In this document: in pieces, positions 58,834 to 64,000 of the stretch | How the letters are laid out: every line of letters starts with the position of its first letter | Numbering within the stretch: position 1 is the first letter of the stretch | NCBI GenBank assembly: GCA_000002435.2 | Contig: CM018793.1 | From: Giardia intestinalis | Taxonomy: Eukaryota | Reading direction: 5' to 3' (one strand) | DNA: 64,000 nucleotides | The notes under the pieces: model-generated | Databases searched by the model: none | Seen by the model: only the letters and a program-made list of their open reading frames with translations | Told to the model about the DNA's origin: nothing | Position numbers and translations under genes: made by a program

Positions 58834-61800
58834 ATGCTCATCCTGTTGCTCTTGACACTATGCTACACACTCTTTCCATTCCCTACTATTAGTCCTCCGA
58901 TAAGCGTTGCAAATCGATACAGTCAAATGCTGCAGACTATCGGCCCTTTTCAAATCGTTAGGGACCAGACCATGTACAAGTCGGAGTCGCTCAATAAGTA
59001 CAAGACTGCCTTTTCTTCAGAAGCAAAGCAATACTATGACACCTTTGATGGTGGCAGGTACGGCTGGGATGATCTAAATGATCCAACGAAGGCATCAACT
59101 TTGCAAAATATTTTGTACAGACTTATAGTTATGGCAACGGCCTATTTGACAGACGGTATGGAACTCTATCACAATGAAGATTGCAAAATTAAGATTTTAC
59201 AGGCATTTACAATATTTTCTGGTAAGTACAATCCAGCTCTATATTATTCTAATGATCATCACACATGGGATATAATCATTCCAAACACTCTTGTCAATCT
59301 ACTACCGCTGCTAGATGAGATCTACTCTAACGACCCCTCCCTCTCTGTTGGCTATCAAAATGCATTGACGCGAGTTACTGAGGCTCTCCTAACACTTCCA
59401 AAGAGGTCCCCCTTTATTAACCAATGCACAAATCTTCCATCCACATGGTATAGAGATACAGAATGCACACTAAGTTCCATTGTTATGGAACTACAGATGG
59501 CAAAGCTAACCATTTTTGGATCTATACTCATTGGCGATCTTTCTCGAATGAACGTGTATTACAACAGGATCATTGATCTATTCCAAGTTAGACACTGGAA
59601 CTATGAGCTTGCCCCCACCGATGACCTCCATGACGGCTTTCGCTCAGATGGGACGTTTGTCGAGTACTTCTCGTCTATCATACCTGGCTCCACAGGGTAC
59701 TCCATGCTTTCGCTGATCGCCTCCATCCTTGCTCCGTCTCAAAAGATCATTGAGCAGCTGACAGCTTCTGGCAACACTGATGCCGCCCAATCGATACAGA
59801 CTGCCGTGCATAGTATAGCAGGTAAGGCTGCAACTTATATCCTAGACTCTATTCTACCGTTCGTTGTCAATTGTGGAGTCCCTGACATGATGGCAGGAGC
59901 TGATGCAGCAAACGACTCCAAGCCTCCGCTGTCCAGGCTCAAGGACATTTCTATGGGCATCATGCAGTTTGCATATGCAGCTTCCCTGCAAAATAGTCTA
60001 CCCTCTAACCTCAATGAGCTACTGGGACACGTGTTCAAATACCTTAACTATCACCTTACAGACTGTCCACAAATCATCGATGAGATGACAGGGCACTACA
60101 ATTTTCCCATCATAGGCGAGTGGAATCGCTCAACGGGTCTCTTTCTCAGTGTGCCCACCTATCCTGGAGAGATCATGTATGGTCATTACTTTCTTTCATA
60201 TGGCGATAGGTATGTCTACAATGCACATGACTTTTCGGTCAACATAGCCATGAACTCGTACAAAACCCGTAATTTCCAATGTATCCGAAATCTCAACAAG
60301 CTGGGATTTTATCAAGCAGCCGGGGCTATCATGCCCAGCGTGCGCTACCATAAGGATCAGTACAATCATCATGTCCTGTTTGCGTCGGAGAAGGGGTACA
60401 TGGGGACCACTGCTTACCCAAAGTTTTCCTCTAAATGCTCGTCTCAGACCCACCTTTTTGGCTCTCTCTCAGATGGAAAGTTCGTCTCCAGTATTACAGA
60501 CGGGGAGCATGGCAGTGCATCCATGGACTACTACAATGCGCCAGAGAACGATGTTCGTTATCGTGCTCTTTACCTCATCGAATCTATCTCACAAGGGGTT
60601 CATGTGGCGCAGATGACCACTGGTGGCGCAAGACTCGGTGATCTTACGGCAAACGTGGCTGTAGTACCTTACGTAGATGGCGATACTTTTGAAATATACC
60701 TCGATGGCGCTAAAAAGACTCAGGATACAATCTCTTTCTCCAAAGCATCACGCATCCTCATCAAAATGACCCCGAAAAGCGGGAGCCAGTATGCTGTTGC
60801 TCTCTTCTTGCGCAAGAATTTATCCGGAACAATCAAGAACGTGACAATCAACAAGCCATATACTGACTTGGGTGGCAGTTCAAGCACAAAGATCAAAACC
60901 TACGGGATTCACATTTCCCTCACTCTCAAGCTAACCAGTTTTTACTACACAGATAAGATATACTGGAACGCTCGCAAAGCTATTTTCTACTCCTATTACC
61001 CGTACTTACCTTATTCAACCAATGACCAGGACTTGGCTACTATGGAACAAAAGTACAGATTGCTCTTCAAAAAGGGTCGGGTAGATGAGAATGCTTCCGT
61101 CCATAGTAACAAATACATGCTGGTATCCTTCAGTAACTCCACGCAGGATATTATCGCAATCAGCTTCTTTGAAAAGGGGAGTGCGACTCTTGCAAGCGGG
61201 ATAACCATTGCAGCAAATGACACGGTTCAAATCTTGTTTAAAGTGACTGATAATACATACTATCTCATAATGCGTGATCCTGTTATTTCCTCTCCGCGAC
61301 CAATTCGAGTTGAGGTTCAAGGCCTTATTGATATGCATAATCTTCAGCACTGGTGTCATAATGCGGGAGTAGTTGATTCTACTACACTTGTCATTGAGGA
61401 GTCGTTTCTTGGTCCATCGCTTTGCCAAGTACGAGTCGATCGACAGGTATCACAGACACCAGATGACAAGCCTATTCCACCCACCAATCCTCCTTCTCCA
61501 ACTCCCCCGCCTTATATTCCACCATTCCTGCCTACGGATGATCTGCTGTACGACAATTCAACAGATGTCATTGTGATTCCAGATAACCAGGCGATGAGGA
61601 CGGCAAAGATTGCAGCTATATCTGCCTCTATTATAATTGTGTTGGTAATTATAGTTGTGCTTCTAGTTGTGTTCCTCCTCCGATGTAAGAAAACTGCAAA
61701 AGATCTAAAGGCTGTTGAAGGAGCACTCAAAATGACACCCATACCGCCATCAGGAAGAGAGCCACCTCATGCCTTTTCCGTTCTAGATAATGATAGCACA

Positions 61801-62043
61801 GTGCTAGAATCAATCCATAGTGTGCACAGTACGTTTAGTGAAGCGTCTGCCATTAATACAACAGATCCTGACCCAAAGGAGGCTCCCCAACCTCGTAGAG
61901 TTAAAGTCCAACGGTCGCTCCCATCAAAATTCGGTAGCAAGAAGACTACTGCAGTTACTAACTACATAGATGAGGACGGTGTGGACAACGATAGCTTCGA
62001 CAGTATTTCCATTCACCATGCTGCAAAGATGTTCACACAATAA
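58834..62043 (+). CDS. type I membrane protein with large extracellular domain (hypothetical)
   Basis: ATG verified and preceded by 'cttaaatatcttaaaaactct'. Signal peptide 'MLILLLLTLCYTLFPF', an ~880-aa ectodomain, a single TM 'IAAISASIIIVLVIIVVLLVVFLL', and a ~120-aa cytoplasmic tail. Confidence 0.45.
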   Translation: MLILLLLTLCYTLFPFPTISPPISVANRYSQMLQTIGPFQIVRDQTMYKSESLNKYKTAFSSEAKQYYDTFDGGRYGWDDLNDPTKASTLQNILYRLIVMATAYLTDGMELYHNEDCKIKILQAFTIFSGKYNPALYYSNDHHTWDIIIPNTLVNLLPLLDEIYSNDPSLSVGYQNALTRVTEALLTLPKRSPFINQCTNLPSTWYRDTECTLSSIVMELQMAKLTIFGSILIGDLSRMNVYYNRIIDLFQVRHWNYELAPTDDLHDGFRSDGTFVEYFSSIIPGSTGYSMLSLIASILAPSQKIIEQLTASGNTDAAQSIQTAVHSIAGKAATYILDSILPFVVNCGVPDMMAGADAANDSKPPLSRLKDISMGIMQFAYAASLQNSLPSNLNELLGHVFKYLNYHLTDCPQIIDEMTGHYNFPIIGEWNRSTGLFLSVPTYPGEIMYGHYFLSYGDRYVYNAHDFSVNIAMNSYKTRNFQCIRNLNKLGFYQAAGAIMPSVRYHKDQYNHHVLFASEKGYMGTTAYPKFSSKCSSQTHLFGSLSDGKFVSSITDGEHGSASMDYYNAPENDVRYRALYLIESISQGVHVAQMTTGGARLGDLTANVAVVPYVDGDTFEIYLDGAKKTQDTISFSKASRILIKMTPKSGSQYAVALFLRKNLSGTIKNVTINKPYTDLGGSSSTKIKTYGIHISLTLKLTSFYYTDKIYWNARKAIFYSYYPYLPYSTNDQDLATMEQKYRLLFKKGRVDENASVHSNKYMLVSFSNSTQDIIAISFFEKGSATLASGITIAANDTVQILFKVTDNTYYLIMRDPVISSPRPIRVEVQGLIDMHNLQHWCHNAGVVDSTTLVIEESFLGPSLCQVRVDRQVSQTPDDKPIPPTNPPSPTPPPYIPPFLPTDDLLYDNSTDVIVIPDNQAMRTAKIAAISASIIIVLVIIVVLLVVFLLRCKKTAKDLKAVEGALKMTPIPPSGREPPHAFSVLDNDSTVLESIHSVHSTFSEASAINTTDPDPKEAPQPRRVKVQRSLPSKFGSKKTTAVTNYIDEDGVDNDSFDSISIHHAAKMFTQ

Positions 62044-63216
62044 ATATGAGGCTTAGTGCAGGCTGAGGGCGATGCATAGATGCGTGGTCTAACAGGTTAT
62101 CTCATACAGTCGCCGATAATCTGAAATACAGATCCCTATAAGGCTATATGCATATGTACACCGCCCGTCTACATTTCTATGCGTTGGAGATGAACTTTCT
62201 TGCTTATTGTTATCATTATGAAAACAAAGCTGCATAGTGAAGATGGATTTATCAAAGTAGAGGAATTTCACAATAGTGTTGTGATAAGAACACATGAGAT
62301 AGTGATTTTTAATCTAGATAAAGCTGGCTCACTTCCCTAACCAAACCCATAGTATAAGAATGAGCCATATTGAGCATATGCAATAGCTACCAAAACTGAT
62401 ACAACTACTATCAATATGTTCGTTATTGTATGGCGGAGGAATAGATGATCCTGTTCCCCTACTGAAGCGTCTTCTTCTAGATAAGTACCTCCCCCTTGTT
62501 AACCTGATTCTGGCCGGGACAGGAGTGGCCCTCATGAACGGGAACTTCATCGACTACGCTACCATCGACACTGTTTATCTGTGCAGCGAGGACAGAGTGC
62601 TCTTTGTTGTTGACATCGAGAAGAATCGATATTTTTCCTAAATCTTGCATCACGTATATCCTCGCACGTCGAGGGTTCAGCCTGTACCATATGAACGGCT
62701 TGACTGAACGAAAGCGTGTCTTATTAGTAACACTATTTAGTAGTAAATGTTTGTAGACCTCCCCGGCGAAACGCCTTAGGCCAGGGCTTCTGAGCATCGA
62801 CGTGCACCGTCGCACTGATGATGCACAGGAGCATGAGTCTTCTCCAATGACGAGGACAAGCGGACCGAGGAGATGCGTGTGCTCGTGAGCTCCTGGGCTG
62901 GGCTTAGCAGGGTCGGCCGATGGACGTTTGCAATCACAGACCATGACATTGAGAATGCATCTTCAGCGTGTCACAGATAAGCCCTGGTATCCCTGAGCTC
63001 TGGAACTGCAAACCGGATCCCGCGCAGACATGTGGGCGTTGAACTGTATACTGAGCCGCGGACGCTTGCTTTGTTCCTTGATCCTCGGGATTGGATACAT
63101 GGTCACTAGCGATTGACTGTGCTCCCTGCCAAATGCACCAGCTATGCGCCGTCATGGCTGCACATATCCATTCACAGTATGCGATGTGCCTACTATCCGG
63201 GTAGACACTAATCCTT

Positions 63217-63260
63217 AGTCGCAGAGGCCACTTGCAGATACGCTCAGCCACTGCGGCCTC
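63217..63260. other. GC-rich hairpin (9-bp stem GCAGAGGCC / GGCCTCTGC, 26-nt loop) within an ORF-poor region
   Basis: gcagaggcc at 63217-63225 is the reverse complement of ggcctctgc at 63252-63260. The significance is unknown. Confidence 0.25.
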
Positions 63261-64000
63261 TGCCTGTATCTGTGTACTGGGGCAGCTCCGTGCATGCCTG
63301 GGCCCTTGTCGTGCAGCTACCCTTTGCCTGCAAGCGTCCACTTGCACATGCTAGCCTGACTGCTGTCGACGCCCCGTGGTCTGGCAAGCAGTTACAATGA
63401 AGGCATAGGCTAATGACCCCTATGTAGTCGTTGACACACGAGTAACAGCTGTGCCGTGCGACTGCAGTCGATTCTCACCATCTACTAGGCACCAAGATGA
63501 AAGTGACGCACTGTGGGACCTACGCCTTTGTGTGCCTTAGATCTACGACCCTCGATCCTAGTGTTGGTTCAGAGGTCTCTTGCTTGACCACAGTGGGGGT
63601 CTTGCAATGGTGTGCACTCAGTCCCCATGGTCAGGACAGGGTGACTGGTATGAGTCGCGACGCATATCCTGCCCATGCTCCGACAAACGGACGCTCCAGA
63701 GGCTCCGAAATACACGGTGCTCTCCTGTTCTGTGGGAATCGGTATGCTCAGGGATACCCGGGACTTGGGTGTGTGTCCGGGTGGGCACCAGGCACTCCGG
63801 CAACACTGGCGGTAGAGTGGGATAGGAGACAGGTGTATTCTGTCGGGTGCTGATGGCAGTGCTCCCGGTGGCCATCCACTACACGTGCCCGTCCGTCTCA
63901 TAAGGCCAGGCTGGCCTGCACAGCCCCCCACTGTGGTCAGCTGATGGGAGACCCAGTGGAAGAGAGCCCTCGGGGACCGGAATCCATGGGAGACGGGTGG

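Noticed and set aside
62060-62125. tRNA-like fragment ('tggtctaacaggtta...') near 62085
   Set aside because: Only a 5-bp potential acceptor pairing (ggcga/tcgcc) enclosing ~35 nt. There is no T-loop GTTCRANYC and no cloverleaf of correct length.
62426-62944. Possible small genes at 62426-62641 (+) and 62477-62944 (-)
   Set aside because: The plus frame starts at TTG, and its first ATG leaves only ~35 codons. The minus frame has an ATG but no motif, no AT-rich initiator, and overlaps the other frame. I kept it only as part of the ORF-poor-region finding.
1-64000. Prokaryotic-type defence island / CRISPR array / prophage
   Set aside because: There are no direct-repeat-spacer arrays, no operonic same-strand gene runs with RBS spacing, and no phage or transposase genes. 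Gene content (CEP104, UBA2, NOL10, ankyrin 21.1, NEK pseudokinase) and signals (AGTRAAY, AT-rich initiators) are eukaryotic and diplomonad-like.
1-64000. Spliceosomal introns splitting any of the large genes
   Set aside because: All recognisable domains are contiguous within single ORFs. No gene shows a frame break flanked by GT...AG with a Giardia-type branch motif. This is consistent with the near-intronless Giardia genome.

Overview
This window is a gene-dense, apparently intronless eukaryotic nuclear segment. I place it in a Giardia-like diplomonad (closest to Giardia intestinalis, GC ~49%) for these reasons: (i) long single-exon ORFs on both strands separated by only 7-130 bp; (ii) short AT-rich initiator tracts directly upstream of ATG start codons; (iii) AGTRAAY poly(A) signals on or just after stop codons (for example AGTAAAC across the TAA at 19916-19922); (iv) 'protein 21.1'-type ankyrin repeats with the Giardia-typical 'TALMxAAxxGHxxCVxLL' unit; (v) a NEK-like pseudokinase fused to ankyrin repeats; (vi) a secreted cysteine-rich EGF/CxxC protein. 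I see no CRISPR array, operon structure, rRNA, or recognisable prokaryotic defence or mobile system. The supplied ORF track evidently uses alternative start codons (TTG/GTG translated as M, for example at 2785, 6973, 9752, 28456, 54951). I therefore re-anchored several CDS starts to the first in-frame ATG, which I checked in the sequence. Recognisable products are: Y-family (DinB/Pol kappa-like) DNA polymerase, CEP104 (ciliary/centriolar) ortholog, SUMO E1 subunit UBA2, thioredoxin, GARP/SHAQKYF-type Myb, NOL10/Enp2, a DEAD/DECD-box helicase, a transglutaminase-like protein, a PQ-loop membrane protein, and a 4034-aa giant ASH-repeat protein (HYDIN-like candidate). There are many lineage-specific coiled-coil and hypothetical proteins. 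The most unusual non-coding features are three spacers that are long for this genome (15998-16587, 24684-25069, 35883-36333), a perfect 20-bp palindrome in a 53-bp spacer, and an ORF-poor ~2 kb stretch at the 3' end (62044-64000).
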